Of a stretch of 64,000 bases of DNA, positions 12,708 through 27,284 are shown piece after piece. A program made the position numbers and the translations under genes. The stretch covers positions 11,780,001 through 11,844,000 of the forward strand of contig OX597822.1 of the NCBI GenBank assembly GCA_951406725.2, given 5' to 3'. Positions within the stretch are counted from its first letter, which is position 1. The number at the start of each line of letters is the position of its first letter. A model generated the notes under the pieces. That model did no database searches. It saw nothing but the letters and a program-made list of their open reading frames with translations, and had not been told where the DNA came from. Origin of the DNA: Octopus vulgaris. Lineage: Eukaryota.

Positions 12708-13859
12708 TTTTTCACTTTTTGTGTGTATATTTTTGTGTGTCTTCCTCCACCGCCGCTTTGACAACCGGTGTTGGTTTGTCGACATCGCCTTAAGGTAGCA
12801 ATTCGGCTCCAATCACCAATAAGATAGGTACTAGATTTCAAAATCAATTAGTGGTGTCGATCTGTTCGATTAAGGCCCTTCAAGGTTCTGCCCCAGCTTG
12901 GTCGCAGTTCAATGACTGAAACACGATAGAAAATAGACGATATTTTGTTCTTTCATCAGTTGCATTTGGCAATCTTCTAATGTATTACTAGTGACTGGAT
13001 ACACCTAGAATACTCCCATCCACCCGTCAGCAACAACCCTCCTCCTCATCATTTTAAAACTGAGTCCATATGACATTTGGGGGCCCATATAAGATTTCTT
13101 GGCTGGAATTTATGTGGAATAAATTACTTCGAATATCTTAATTTATTTTTCTGCATTTCCTTACAATATTTAATTCTGAAAATATAATGACTTGTTATTT
13201 AGTATCCAATAACTATGGGGGTCCTCTCGAATAAACTAGGAACCAAAGATGTCCGTAGGCAAAATAATGATTACGAACCAGCCTTTCGTCGCTATTGTTG
13301 TATAAAAACCACATCAACCCTGATCGAGCACTCTCGTGATCAAACGACTTCTAGTCGTCGCCACCATTGCTGCTTTCATGAATAATGCTTTATTTCATGT
13401 CTTTAGTTTTTTTGTTTTGCCTTTTTTCATTCTTTTAATAAGATAAGGTTGGATTAGAAGTGGGTCGGGGTAGGTGAGGATTTGGCTACTATTTGTAACA
13501 GATCGAGCGACCACGTAAAAGCTTTCTCCTTAGTGTTTTCATTTCAAATAGACATGTTTATCTGAACAGTAAAACGGCTTGCATGATGAATTGTGTGGTT
13601 GTCAAAGATTCGAAGCTTTGAACACAATTGATAAACAAGTTATTACATAGCCATAGTTATTTGGATAACAATATTAACTTGTTATTTCGCCGTGATATTA
13701 CTCTGATCAAAGTATATTAGTATTATTGATTATTTCTCTATGTCCGAACTGTGGGAAAAAAAGGCAAATGCTTTAAGGAGATTGTTACTCAGAACTGAAT
13801 ATAATATAATGCCTGCTATGCGACATAGCATTTAATCCTAGCAGCTCCATACTCACTGG

Positions 13860-14580
13860 CCTCGACAACAACAGCAGCAGCACACTTTACGGGACTGTTC
13901 GATCAGTTAGAAATAGCAGCTAAACATGTCATAGCATCCTGGTAAAGGACACGTTGAATAATGTGATCTTTGGATCATGCAGAATAGAAAAAAGATAGGA
14001 TTGTCACAAATGGAATGTCCTTGATTACTGATGTGTTCTATCATGGCTTCCCTAAGGCTAAACGACGACTATATCAACAATAAGATCTGGTCGCTCTGTT
14101 GGCTAGAAATAACAGTTAAGCCTCACCAGTCTCAACAACAACGAGACATGTGGATGTTCGATTAGCTTGAAATAGCATCTAAATCTCCCTCAAATCACTC
14201 TCTAACGTTCTAATAAAAGATAAATTGGATACAGTAATCATTATTGCCTGCACATAGGGTAAAATACGGGATTGATATAAATGAAATGTCTAAGATCATA
14301 GGTTCGACTGACGAGCGGATATATGAGTCTACTTAACAACCAAAATAGGGACCGCATGATAGACTAGAAATAGCAACCAGATCTCTCAGATCCCACAACC
14401 ATCTTAGAAGTGAACATGTTGGATAATGTCGAGCAATTGGTCGGTTTCGGCTGGCGTGAGAAAGAAAAAGCTACGATGGAAGGAACCAGAAGATTAACAA
14501 CATTTTACAACAAGCATCGACGATGACCTTCCATGGCCGGATAACTTGCTAGAAGTAACACAGGTTATCAAGAAATATTC
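13860..14580 (+). repeat. Degenerate tandem repeat marked by (G/C)TAGAAATAGCAGC
   Basis: The motif recurs near 13908, 14103, 14166, 14364 and 14549. Several units are preceded by AACAAC runs and followed by TTGGATA-like words. Confidence 0.55.
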
Positions 14581-14812
14581 ATTTCTAAATATAGTCTCGG
14601 ATTCCCACATTTCCAGGAAGAGAAAAGTCGATTGTATCGATCCTCGGATTCTAATTATTTTATTCAGTCTGGAAGACTGAAAGGCAAAGTTGAGCAGGAT
14701 GGGATGCGAACCCAGAACTTAATGACACAGAACTAATACCGATGCTCTGACGATTCTATCAATTCCCCACCATCACAACTTACCAAAATAATACCCCACG
14801 ACTTTAAAAAGT

Positions 14813-15151
14813 AAAGACCCCCTTCGGTCAGGCACTGACCATGGGTTTGCACCTAGAGAGATACCCTCTGAGGCACAAGTCTGGGCAAGGTTGTTTCATG
14901 GAAGACCAGCAGTGGCCCATGCATACCGGCCTCCCCTCTCCACGCCACCGATATTATCCAAGGGAAAGGCAAGGGTCGATACAGCTTGGCACCAGTGACG
15001 TCGCAACTCATTTCTACAGCTGAGTGAACTGGAGCAACGTGAAATAAAGTGCCTTGCTCAAGAACACAACACGCAGCCCCGTCCGGGATTCGAGCTCACA
15101 ACCTCACGATCGTAAGCTCGACGCTCTAACCACTGAGCCATGCGCCTTCAC
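14813..15151 (-). mobile_element. tRNA-derived SINE with a V/CORE-like central domain; decayed relatives at about 16500-16670 and 44690-44970
   Basis: Minus strand has A box TGGCTCAGTGGTTAGAGC, B box-like GAGCTCGAATCC, then TGTTGTGTTCTTGAGCAAGGCACTT. Confidence 0.85.
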
Positions 15152-15629
15152 TTTAGCAAATAGATAAACAAACAAATACACAACAGCAGAAACACCATTA
15201 CGTCTATAATCGATATTAGTAAATTTACCGATTCCATTCATCGCTGTCCTTTCATGCGTTCTCAATACGTCCCGCTTCTTTAAATAGCATAAAACTCTGG
15301 TTAATAAATTATGTCCCGTGTCTCCAAAGTTATGTTGTATTCTCAGCCTCTATTTTCTATTTACATCCACACACGGAATGGGACCACGAGGCACAGCTGT
15401 TTGCATGTTAATGGTTTGACTCGACTGACTGGACATTCAAGCTGTTTGAGCGACAGAACTTTTTGGCACCAGAGAAAAACATACAGACACACACATACGT
15501 ATGCCTATAAACCTGTGTGCGCTCATTCATGAATGAGCGCACGCAGGTTTATAGGCATACACACAAAAGCTGGGAGACGGAGTGGAAGAGAGAGGTATTA
15601 CGCAGATACTCAGATGTAATTAGATGCCT

Positions 15630-15925
15630 GCATACATAATGAGAGAGAGAAAGGAAAAGGCAGAGAGAGAGCGAGGGAGAGAGAGGGAGAGAGAGAGAGA
15701 CAAAGAAAGAGTGGAAGAGAGGGGAGAAAGAAACACAGATAGACAGAGAGAGAAAGAAAGAAAAAAAGAAAGAAAGGGAGAGACAGAAAGACAGGTAGAA
15801 AAACAGAGAGAAGACGCTTAGAGAGACAAAGAATGAGACGAATGCACAGAAAAACAGAGGAAGAAAGTGTGTTTGAGGGAGAGAGAGAGAGAGAGAAGGA
15901 GAAAGAGAAAGAGAGAGAAAAAGAA
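15630..15925. repeat. GA-rich polypurine low-complexity tract
   Basis: Directly visible. Confidence 0.9.
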
Positions 15926-17111
15926 ACATTAAAACGTCCGATATCAAATACGTTCAATGTCGGTTCAGCGACTGGAAACAGCTGGGGGCCGAAAGGACTG
16001 TAACAGAACGTCTCATACCCCACCCCTATACGATTACCCTTTCAAAACGCACGCACCCTCTCATCATTTAATGCGGTACATCTATTCCAATCTTCGTGAA
16101 ATCTGAAGAAACCTAACTTCAAAACAACAAGTTTAAAAACAACACCTGCCAATTCCAACCCCGTCTGCCGTCTGAGCAGGAACCCCAGAGGACGTCGAAT
16201 AGAAGCGACCACGACATTCGATAACAAATGCCTAACACCGATAGAGAATTACGACATTTTACCAATAGAAACAAACAATAATGCTGTACAAATAATCCAT
16301 TGGATCAGCTTGAGATTATGCCAGACTTGCATGGATCGTAATCTCAATATAAAATATAGAGACCAGAAAATAGCATATTTTGCTGTTATTATATGTGGCG
16401 TAGAATCTTCGGCCGAATGGAAGCTACCAATACAATGAAACAAAAATAATGACGTAGAAGTTGTTGAGCATTACACGGACAAGCTTACCGTTAATGTAGT
16501 TCCTAATGAGATTCAGCATGGCACAGAGTGCGATAAATACAACTCTCTTTTGCCAGCTGAGTGGACTGGTGCAAAGTGAAATAAAGTGTTTTGCTGAAGA
16601 ACACAAAGCACAGCTGTGAATCGAACCTACGCCCTTATAATTGTGGGCCGAATACGTTAATCACTGACTCTAGGTGGATCTACACAACATCTTTAAAAAA
16701 CCGTATCCTCCCAGGCAGGTCTGACAAACGTAAAAGATTCAAATGAATACCGAAATATACAAGATTAGCTGCTACAAAATTGGACATATTAACCTGAAAT
16801 AATGGTCAAGAAACAATATTTACCTGAAACAATGGTTGCACTAATAATATTTCCCGAGTTAAACCTGTTTATTTCTGCTGCGGTCGCTGCCTAGCGTGGT
16901 GCCAGAGGGGTAAGTATCAATACGGTTGCTTCAGCCTCATCAGCTCCAAAAGATATTATGGGTTGCAAAATACCATGATTCAGTGAATGCAGAGAAACAG
17001 CAACTACGAAGTCTGTGGCAACCTCCAGACCCTGCACATATACAGCAGAGCCAATAACAGATTTTCTATACGGTTGCTAGAGGTGTTAGAAATAGAAGGA
17101 AACTATTCAAA

Positions 17112-17313
17112 TTTCGTTTTTGGCTTTGGTTTACAAGATTCTTTATATGAGTTCGTGTGTTGAAGCATATTCTGTTGTGTCTGGGGAGAGTCATTTTCTT
17201 TTTGTGCCCTATAATGTCACACACTCACCGGTAAAATTTCCACTTTTTTCTTATTTTCATTTTCCTAAAATTTCCGTTGCGTTTTGCGGCCTTTTCAATA
17301 GTTTTGACTCTGC
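17112..17313 (-). mobile_element. PLE 3' terminal fragment, same family as the arms of 35817-37270
   Basis: Closely similar to 35817-36020 and to the reverse complement of 37130-37270. Confidence 0.8.
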
Positions 17314-17673
17314 CAAAGTATTTATTCAAATTATGTTCAAGCTTCGTAAAACAGGACAATATAAATAGAGCGTCATTGGTAGAATAGCCTTATTTGGTCA
17401 ATGGTGACCTAAAATGGAACAGCAAAAACAGCTAGAAAAAATATTATAGCAAGCAATAGAGAAGGAGGACCTAATGATGGAATATCTACACAGTTGCTTG
17501 AATTGGTAGAAATAACACCTAGATATCACTGAGATAAAAGTTATATATCATAACAAAATGATAGATGATGAAGCCACGAGGAGACAGCTTGAAATATTCG
17601 ATCAGAGGCTGGTTGAGTAAGGGTCGCCTTAACTGCAGAATTACAGATGATTTCTCAGAATAATGCAGGTATA

Positions 17674-18130
17674 TATATTTGTTTTGCAAGATTTTTTATG
17701 TGAAATCGTATGTTGAAACAGATATTGTTGTATTTAGGAATGGTCATTTTACCAATTTAGCCAAATTAGCCAATTACACGAACGTATATAAACAGGATAT
17801 ACAAATAATACAGGCACTCCCGCCGCCACACACACCAACTAAAAATAGACATACATAGAGGTATACGCATGCGCATATGAAGACACATACAATAGAAATA
17901 CAAAATACAAAATGGCTGACCGTTAGTAAGGAGAGACACACAAATAAGAAAGAAGAAAGCAAAGGACCACTGATGTGGTCACAGAAATGTGACGAAAGAA
18001 CTCTGGCCGAAATAAGATTAAGATTAATGTAAAAAAATAAATAACGCTGAAGCAAAGTACCACCAAATATATAGTGCGTGTGTTTTTATTGGCTACACTG
18101 GCAAAATGACCATTCCTAAATACAACAATA
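17674..18130 (+). mobile_element. Non-coding PLE-type fold-back element with a hammerhead motif and a 12-bp TSD
   Basis: Inverted arms at about 17723-17762 and 18093-18130. TSD AATGCAGGTATA at 17662-17673 and 18131-18142. HHR motif at 17967-18006. Confidence 0.8.
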
Positions 18131-18994
18131 AATGCAGGTATAGTTGTCCGGTTAAGAAACTCATTTCTCACGTACTTCGGGGATCGATCCTCTTCCGCGC
18201 TACCTTCTCGAAAATATTTGCCAATCCGGAATGAATGTAGAATACGCTTGGCTAATGTATCAAGCAGTGTGTTTGTGAGTAGATCGAGATGGTTACAAAA
18301 CCATCGAGCTTACCACGCGTCTATGCCTGCAAGACGTTTAGATGAAGGTCTCTATCTATTTAATATGTCGCAGAGAATAGAGTTAAAGTTTTAAACTCAA
18401 GCCATACAGACATGTAAATAAATTAATATTAAGTCAGTATCTTTGTTCCTCGCTGTTGCTCTTCCTGTCTGTTGTGAAAATTATATAAAGATAAGGACAA
18501 ATTAATAGGATTAAATAAATTAGCCAAAGACATATTAATCTATAGCTTAAAATTAATAAAATAAATGTAGAAGCTAGCGAGATTAGGAGGAAAACGAAAT
18601 TGAATAACTGCATTGAGAATACATTATCTATTAGGAGACATAAACACTATATATTTATTATTTTACTGAAGATAAGACATGAACTGGACAAAAACGTCTT
18701 GAAGTCTATTTGCTGGTTCTTCTTCGCACGAGTTCATATTCCACAGAGGCACGCGTTGCATTTCACCATCCTGGGGTCCATAAAATATAATACCAGTAAA
18801 GCACTTTCGTCGATAGAATCAGCTAAAAAATTGGATGCTATGTGTTCATCTTAAAATGAATTATTGTGCAAAATATAAGAGCAATGGTTTAGAAAAATGG
18901 TTGAATAGTCGGACGAAATATAATTTTCAGTAATATTTCTGCTCGAGAGAACAAACATACAGGAAAACGTCTACAGAATCTCTGTATATATATA

Positions 18995-19070
<76 letters not shown>

Positions 19071-19351
19071 AGAGAGAGAGGTAGAGAGGGAGAGAGAGAT
19101 ATGTACATTCATATATACATAATATATATATATACGTGTATATATGTGAACATATATGCTTGTATATACATAAATAGATTCATAAGTTTATGTATGTACC
19201 ACAAGAGAGAAAGAGGAAGCGATCAATGTCAAACCACGGTTGCGTAACCGCAGGAGTATCATCCGAGCGCTGAAGGCTGCGTGGCAAGCCTAAAGAAAGT
19301 TTTGGCGAATATGCAGATATTTGTTGAATTCCCCTTGTATATGTATGTATG

Positions 19352-19428
<77 letters not shown>

Positions 19429-20329
19429 ATGTACGTATGTATGTATGTATGTGTGTATGATTGTTTGTTTGTTTGCTTGTTTCAGTTGTGAGTTGAATCT
19501 GGGAAATCGATTTTGTTTCAGTTAATAAAATCGTCTCATTATGTAGACCTATATTTCAAAGACCCGAGGACTATGGGAAAACCTATTTTATTAAAAATAA
19601 ATCTTTAGTAGTAAAAATGGCTGGAAACTACCGTTGAACATAACTATATACGATACTGAATAATAGTATTTGAATGCTCAATTGGAAGGCTAGCAAAAGT
19701 AGCAAATTTTACGAGATTACTACACTACGATGTAGTATATTTTATAAATGGTATTATGTTAAAACTACTATATTCTATTTCATTTGATGTCTCTCATTAT
19801 TTTATAATAGCATGCTACAGCTGAACGATTTTCTATTCAAACAAATGTAATTGCTTGCTTGCTTCTAAAATTGTTTTGTTTTAAATACATGTTATGGTTC
19901 TAAATTACAGGCTGGTTTTATTTTTTTATAAAAACATGTCTCGTTTCAATAATTGGTCTAATTAAAAAATAAGACCAACAACAGAAAACTACATGCACAA
20001 ATTAGCAAATTAATAATATGCTCTAACTGGTATCTTTCAAATAGTATAACTTGCAAATATAGCCCTGGTAAATTAAACTGTTTTCTCTGGAATGACACAA
20101 TTTTGATATCGGTTAAAATTCTTGACGGCATCAGTTTCAAAGATTTACGTTCAAATATCGAATCTCACCAAGATGAGCTCTGCAGAACAGTTGATTGACA
20201 AATGTTTATAGGATCGAATAAAAGAGTTTTCGATTGTTTTACCATTTCTTTACGAATTCAAAGCATTACAAGATCACCCGGTTCAATTTTTTTAATTTTC
20301 CAGTTTGGAGATTCTCTTTTACTCTTTTA

Positions 20330-20544
20330 CTCTTTTACTTGGTTCAGTCATTTCACTGCGGCCATGCTGCAGCACCGGCTTTAGTCGAGCAAATCGACCC
20401 CAGGACTTATTCTTTGGAAGTCTAGTACTTATTCTATCGGTCCCTTTTGCCGAACCGCTAAGTTACGAGAAAGTAAACACACCAGCATCGGTTGTCAAGC
20501 AATGTGGGGGAGACAAGCACAGACACACAAACATATACACACAT

Positions 20545-20616
<72 letters not shown>

Positions 20617-20785
20617 ATACATGTATACGACGGGTTTCTCCCAGTTTCCGTCTACCAAATTCACTCACAAGGCTTTGGATGGCCCGAGGCTATAGTAGAA
20701 GACACTTGCCCAAGGTGACACGCAGTGAGACTGAACCCGGAACCATGTGGTTGGTAAGCAAGCTACTTAACACACAGCCACTCCT
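20330..20785 (-). mobile_element. Full-length tRNA-derived SINE with internal (TA)n/(TG)n
   Basis: Head GGAGTGGCTGTGT..TTCCGGGTTCAGTC, domain CCTTGGGCAAGTGTC, tail GCATGGCCGCAG..ACTGAACCAAGTAAAAG. Confidence 0.9.
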
Positions 20786-20942
20786 GAAGTCGACAATGAT
20801 GCGTTGTGGCCTTCATCGAGTTATAGATCAATATCGGCTGAATATATATCGAATATGTTTTAGTGCTTTACTGAGGAACATTAAGCCGTTAGTCTGGGAA
20901 TCATCTTTAACATCTTGCCATCGTGTGTACAAAACACTAACC

Positions 20943-21176
20943 TATTTCTTTATTACCCACAAGGAGCTAAATATAGAGGGGACAAACAAGGACAGATATA
21001 GGTATTAAGTCGATTACATCAACCCCAGTGCGTAACTGGTACTTAATTTATCGACCCCCGAAAGGATGAAAGGCAAAGTCGACCTCGGCGGAATTTGAAC
21101 TCACAACGTAACGCAGACGAAATACCGCTAAGCATTTCGCCCGGCGTGCGAACGTTTCTGCCAGCTCGCCGCCTTA
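20943..21176 (-). mobile_element. tRNA-derived SINE (Meta-domain-like centre) with LINE-derived 3' tail and an 18-bp TSD
   Basis: B box GAGTTCAAATTCC, central GAGGTCGACTTTGCCTTTCATCC. TSD GTGT(A/G)CAAAACACTAACC at 20925-20942 and 21177-21194. Confidence 0.88.
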
Positions 21177-21685
21177 GTGTGCAAAACACTAACCGTTTAG
21201 TAATGCACCTTCACATACACACATACAAACGCACACACACACACACGAACACACGTACCATTATGCTAATTACCTGGGTCATAAATGTATAAGTCTAGAT
21301 TCCTTGGTTACCGGTGACATATTAGGTAAACTGTGTTGAAAACAGCTTTTTAGGTAGAAACACGTGGACATGGCTCTCTTCTTATCTCCAGACAATAAGA
21401 CTGTTTTTCTTTTTCTTAATGGTTTCTCAACTTTGGAAAATTCTTGGTTTTTGAGAATATATATTTTTCTCAAGTGGAGCTGCTCTTAATTGCCATTTGG
21501 CAATTATGATACATCCTCCAGGGGCAAAGGGAATAATACTAATTGAAGAATTCATGTTGTATGGTATTTAAGATCCAGATATCTATCCTCACACAACGCA
21601 CAGACATGTGTCTTTACGTGTGCGTGTATTGCCAGCTGGATGCCAGAAGCAGTGTGCCGGAAATTTATAAGCATTTATTATATTA

Positions 21686-22085
21686 CTAGCAGTATCGCCC
21701 GGCGTTGCCCAGGTTTGTAAGGGAAATAACTATAAAGCATTTTTAGAGAGTTATAGCCAAAAAATAGCAAAAAATGCATTAAAAATGGAAAAAAAAATGA
21801 TGGTAAATTTTTTTTTAAATCGTTGACTCATCGTAGACATTTTTAGAGAGTTACTTCCCCTATATAATAGCGAAAAAATGCATTAAAATGGAAAGAATTA
21901 TGGAAAAATTATTTTTAAAATCGTAGACTCATCGTAGACGCGCGCTAATACCCAGAAGGGCTCGATATGAATCACGACTATAAGATACCCGATTTTGGTT
22001 AAACTGCACCGCAAAATGTGGGAGTAGTTAGGAATCTAAATCGTAGGAGACAGACAGCACACAACCTCACTTTTATATATAAAGA
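21686..22085 (-). mobile_element. Non-autonomous Helitron; a 5' fragment of the same family lies at about 38030-38205 (+)
   Basis: The minus strand starts TCTTTATATATAAAAG and ends with the hairpin CCTGGGCAACGCCGGG plus CTAG|T. Internal ~100-bp tandem duplication at 21738-21939. Confidence 0.85.
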
Positions 22086-22530
22086 CGTTCACTTTAGACG
22101 TTCAAATTTAAATCCCACTTTGGTAAAGTTTGTCTTTCCTGCTTCGTGGTTTCTGTCACTGTTGCGCTGCAGCTCGGATCACCGCTGATTGAAAAGACCT
22201 GCGATCAAAGTAAATTTTACCTGAATATTTCCTGTTCGTCCCTGGGAAATCAATATCACTTCCTTCCCATATTATTTGTGGTTTGACAGCGACACAGAAA
22301 CACAAACAAACGTGGCCGGCATTCGGCATTTAAAAAAAATTCCAATTTTTTTTTTAACCCCAATATTCTCGTCATAAATTACTTTCCAACAAAGTTTTAT
22401 AAAATTCTAATGACATTAAGAAAAAACACACACGTGCGTACACTCACGTGCACAAACATACATAGAATGCAAAAACAAAAAAACAAAAGACATGTGAGAA
22501 AAGAACAAATGATGTGTATTAGTGTGTGTT

Positions 22531-22579
<49 letters not shown>

Positions 22580-22581
<2 letters not shown>

Positions 22582-22852
22582 CTAAAAATAAGGGTGTCCG
22601 AGAGACACCACCATGCCAAAATAGCAGTCAAATCCCTGACTCTAAAAACCACCTTAACTGTACATATCGCACCATGAGGTAAGACAGAGGGACAAAATAG
22701 ACAAGCAGTCAAAATAGACTTGCTTGCTAGTCTATTTTGTCTCTCTGTCTTACCTCATGGTGCGATATGTACAGTTAAGGTGGTTTTTAGAGTTAGGGAT
22801 TTGACTGCTATTTTGGCATGGTGGTGTCTCTCGGACACCCTTATTTTTAGTT
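22580..22852. repeat. Near-perfect fold-back (~123-bp inverted arms, 27-nt spacer) abutting (TA)n
   Basis: 22580-22702 is the reverse complement of 22730-22852 with about 2 mismatches. Confidence 0.92.
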
Positions 22853-22944
22853 GTAAAAAATTATTACCTTTGTATGGTATTTATGCCCATGCTGGCCACT
22901 TGATAATATCAATATTTAAATATCGATAGTATCCTTATTTATAA

Positions 22945-23037
22945 ACAAGTTACGGGGACATAAACATACCCGCATCAGTTGTCAAGCTATGTTGGGAGGA
23001 GGCAAACATACATACACACAAGCACACAAACGCACAC

Positions 23038-23091
<54 letters not shown>

Positions 23092-23241
23092 GACGGTCTT
23101 CTTTCAGTTTCCGTCTACCAAATCAACTCACAAGGCTTTGGTGGGCCCGAGGCCATAGTAAAAGTCTCTTCTCCAAAGTTCCACGCAGTCAGACATGTGG
23201 CTGGTAAGCAAGCTACTTACCACACAGCCACTCCAGCGCCT
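22945..23241 (-). mobile_element. tRNA-derived SINE, 3'-truncated
   Basis: Same family as 20330-20785. Confidence 0.85.
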
Positions 23242-23246
23242 ATATA

Positions 23247-24351
23247 TTAGGTTGGCAAGAATGTTTTTGCGGAATTTAAAATTTTGATTTTAAATTATGT
23301 ATTTTCAAATTAATTTTCGTTAAATTACTTTGACTTTATATATCAATTTAAAGCCCATTTTTGCTCTATCTAATCGTTTTACTCTTTTTCTTTTTGAATG
23401 ATTAGGCCATTTTTCGAAACGTTGAATATAACATGGACAAAATTCAAATTCGCACAATTTTCTTATGCCAGTTCAAGCCAGGCCGAAAAGCTACTGAAAC
23501 AGCTCGTTATATCAACGATTCGTTTGACCCAGGAACCACTTATGAACGTACAGCACAATGGTGGTTCAAGATATTTCGTAGCGGTGACGAGAGTCTTGAA
23601 GATGATAAGCGAGAAATGGGTACAGGAGAATGGAACGTCAACCAAAAATAAGAAATAAGCCGTTTTGAAGTGTCTTTTTCCCTTCTTTTAGGCAACAAGA
23701 ACGACCTTTTTCTCGACCGGATTGTGACATGGATTCCTTACGACAAGCGGCGACGCTCAGTTCAGTGGTTGGGCACCTACGAAGCTCCGTGGCACTTCCT
23801 GAAGCCAATGTTTCACCAAAAGAAGGTGATGGTCACTGAGGTGGTCTGAGGCCGGTCTCATCTATCACAGCTTTTTGGATCCAGGCGAAACCATACGATG
23901 GAGAAGTACTATCAGCAATTGGATGAAATGCAAAAGAAACTACGACAACAGCCAGCATTGGTCAATAGAAACGGACTAATTCTTCTCCACGACAACGCTC
24001 GGTCGCACGTCGCACAACTGACCCTGCAGGAGTTAAATGAATTGGGCTACGAAACTCTGCCACATCCGCCATACTTACCAGACCTCTCGCCTACTTTTTC
24101 AAGCATCTCGAAAACTTCCTGCATGAGAAATGGTTCAAAAACCAAGACGATGCCAAACACGCCTTCAACGACTTCATTGGCACCAGAACGCAGGATTTTT
24201 ACGCTACTGGCATAAATAAACTTGATTCGTGTCGGCAAAAGTGTGTTCTTTCTGATGGTGTTCATTTCGATTAATCAACTTTCGTTTGTGCCGAGATATG
24301 TGCATCTGAATTTAAAGGCTAAAGACCGCAAGAACTTTCTAGACAATCTAA
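23247..24351 (+). mobile_element. Mariner transposon, decayed and internally deleted
   Basis: TIRs TTAGGTTGGCAAGAATGTTTTTGCGG / CCGCAAGAACTTTCTAGACAATCTAA with TA flanks. Motifs MDKIQIR..WFKIFRSGD, HDNARSH and HPPYLPDLSPT. Confidence 0.92.
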
Positions 24352-24669
24352 TAAATATATATATAGTAAAAGCTAGATAACACAAGAAAGAACATGGGCA
24401 CAATTTATATACTTTTTATAGAAACTGTAGGCATGTTTCTTCTTTTGTAATATAATATTTTACATAAGGTGCTGAGCTGGTAGAAACGTTAGCATGCCTG
24501 GCGAAGTGCTTAGCGGTATTTCGTCTGTCTTTATGTACTCAGTTCAAATTCCACCGAGGTCGACTTTACCTTTCATCCTTTCGGGGGCGATAAATTAGGT
24601 AGTCGTAAAGAATATAGTATTTTACATCTCACTATGTGAGGGATAATATATTCACCAACAATTTTAGTG

Positions 24670-24716
<47 letters not shown>

Positions 24717-24783
24717 AGAATTTTTTGCGTAATAAGATAAAAATCCAAGGCTGTATAGATATTAGAGCATTTATCGATAGAAG

Positions 24784-24835
24784 GTCTTACAGCTGTTTCT
24801 AGGATATTAATTAATTATATCCCTTCATCGGAGAC
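24784..24835 (-). ncRNA. Minimal type I hammerhead motif with U4C core
   Basis: Minus strand: GTCT CCGATGA A GGGATAT AATTAATTA ATATCCT A GAAAC AGCT GTA AGAC. Confidence 0.75.
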
Positions 24836-25479
24836 GGTGTGAGAGGAAAGATTAAGTCATAGTTAGTTTCGATGTGGCACAAAATAGAGAGTGAGGTGGA
24901 GGAAAGAAAATAGATGTAAGTTATGTATGGGTATTGAATTTGTAAATCCATTTTATAGGCATAATGGTATATATGTGTAATATTCCAATATCCTTTGAGT
25001 AAAATCCAAAAGTCCAGCAGAATTTAAAATGAGTCCTTCCAAATATAGAGTTTATAAGCAATGTAAGATTCCCTCCTGAGTGAGATCCAGAAGATTTTTA
25101 AACCTGGTCATTCCTAGCAGTGTTGCAGAGTCAAGGTTTGTATTTAAAATGACCTAGAAATAGGGAGTGTATTTGTATGGTTAACGAGGCACATGCAACC
25201 ACCACTTTTATCACACATTAACATTCTACCACAAATCCCAATGCCAGAATGACCATACAGTACATTTCCGCAATAATTCTTAGGTAATCCCTATAACCTA
25301 TAAACTTACACTCTAACTCATAATCCCTATGTAGTTTCTCACATGTACAACTATCTGATTATATTCGTATGTACGCGCACACATCTATGCGCGTGTATAT
25401 GTGTACGTGTGAGGGTATGCATATAAGCATGCATGTGGGTATATGTAAACATATGTACACATGCATGGTATATATACCT

Positions 25480-25640
25480 GCATATGCATACCTAATGCGC
25501 CTATTATAATAGGAATTGTTTCTGTTTTTAGATTCCACATTTCTATATTATTATTATTATTATTATTATTCATCTCACTGACTGGAATCGAACTCGGAAT
25601 GTTGGGGTTAGTAGCCCGCGCTCTTAACCACTACCCATAT
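25480..25640 (-). mobile_element. Short Dong-like RLE fragment at (AAT)n plus an adjacent tRNA-like SINE head
   Basis: EMWNLKTETIPIIIGALG matches the 4311-5026 protein. Minus-strand TAGTGGTTAAGAGC..GAGTTCGATTCC gives A and B boxes. Confidence 0.65.
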
Positions 25641-26099
25641 GTAAATAATGGAAATAATGCACATAATTCCTCGTCTCTTAATTATAAAACTGTATTAAGA
25701 GAGAAGGTTTATCAAAGCAGCTTCTGTGGTAAAAAAAGTAGGAAAAGACAAAAACCTAGCGATGACACGTCGGTGTGACAAATGTCACAGAGTCGAAGCA
25801 AGACAGGGACCAATCAAATGAGGGGCCGCTTCTGAACTTGTTCAAGGAAATTTGTGCTACAAAATGGTGTGCCTGCCCAATATGTACATTTACGTAGGAA
25901 ATACTGAAATATTCCTATCGCAAAAGGTCTGCCTGGAAGCCTAACCTTTCTAATTCTATTACAAACGCTTAGAAAAACAGACAGCTCGCTCAAAACCTTG
26001 AGTGGGGAATATATTGAATAAAATCGTAATAAACTGGTCATTCTGTACTTTCTTTTGCCCAATGTCAGGAACATTTCAGCACCTTCTGATGTATATGTA

Positions 26100-26680
<581 letters not shown>

Positions 26681-27097
26681 TCTGTTTATGTGTTTTGTAT
26701 TTTGAGTACGTGCGTGTGTGTGTGTTCGTGTGTGTTTGTGTGTGTGTTCATGTGTGTGTGTGTGTGTGCGTATACCATTTACATGTAAATGAGGTGAATA
26801 CAAATCATCCATTTAAAATATAAATAAATTTTATGTGGAAAGATGAGATTCCTTTCGGGAATGGAGATAAGTCAACATTCCGCTGACAAGAAAAGTCTGA
26901 AAAAGTAAACATCCAAAGAAAAACAATTTCCTTGAACCAGTTTATTTAATTATCATGATCTTCATCATTATACTTATTATCGAATTTGCTATTCACTATA
27001 CAGGTTGTTATCAAAAATATTATTTCCTATTCTGTGAACAACGAACAAATATTATTTTTGTTAGCATTCCAGGAAGCCATAAATTCACACGTAGATA

Positions 27098-27134
<37 letters not shown>

Positions 27135-27193
27135 ATATCTGTCATATATGTCATATATATATATATATATAATGTATATATATATGTATGTAC

Positions 27194-27284
<91 letters not shown>

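Noticed and set aside
15930-16450. Apparently unique sequence that might hold a host exon or promoter
   Set aside because: No recognisable domain, convincing splice pair or promoter signature.
25572-25640. tRNA-like sequence (also near 15085-15150 and 59075-59150)
   Set aside because: A and B boxes are present but there is no proper acceptor stem. These are SINE heads, not tRNA genes.
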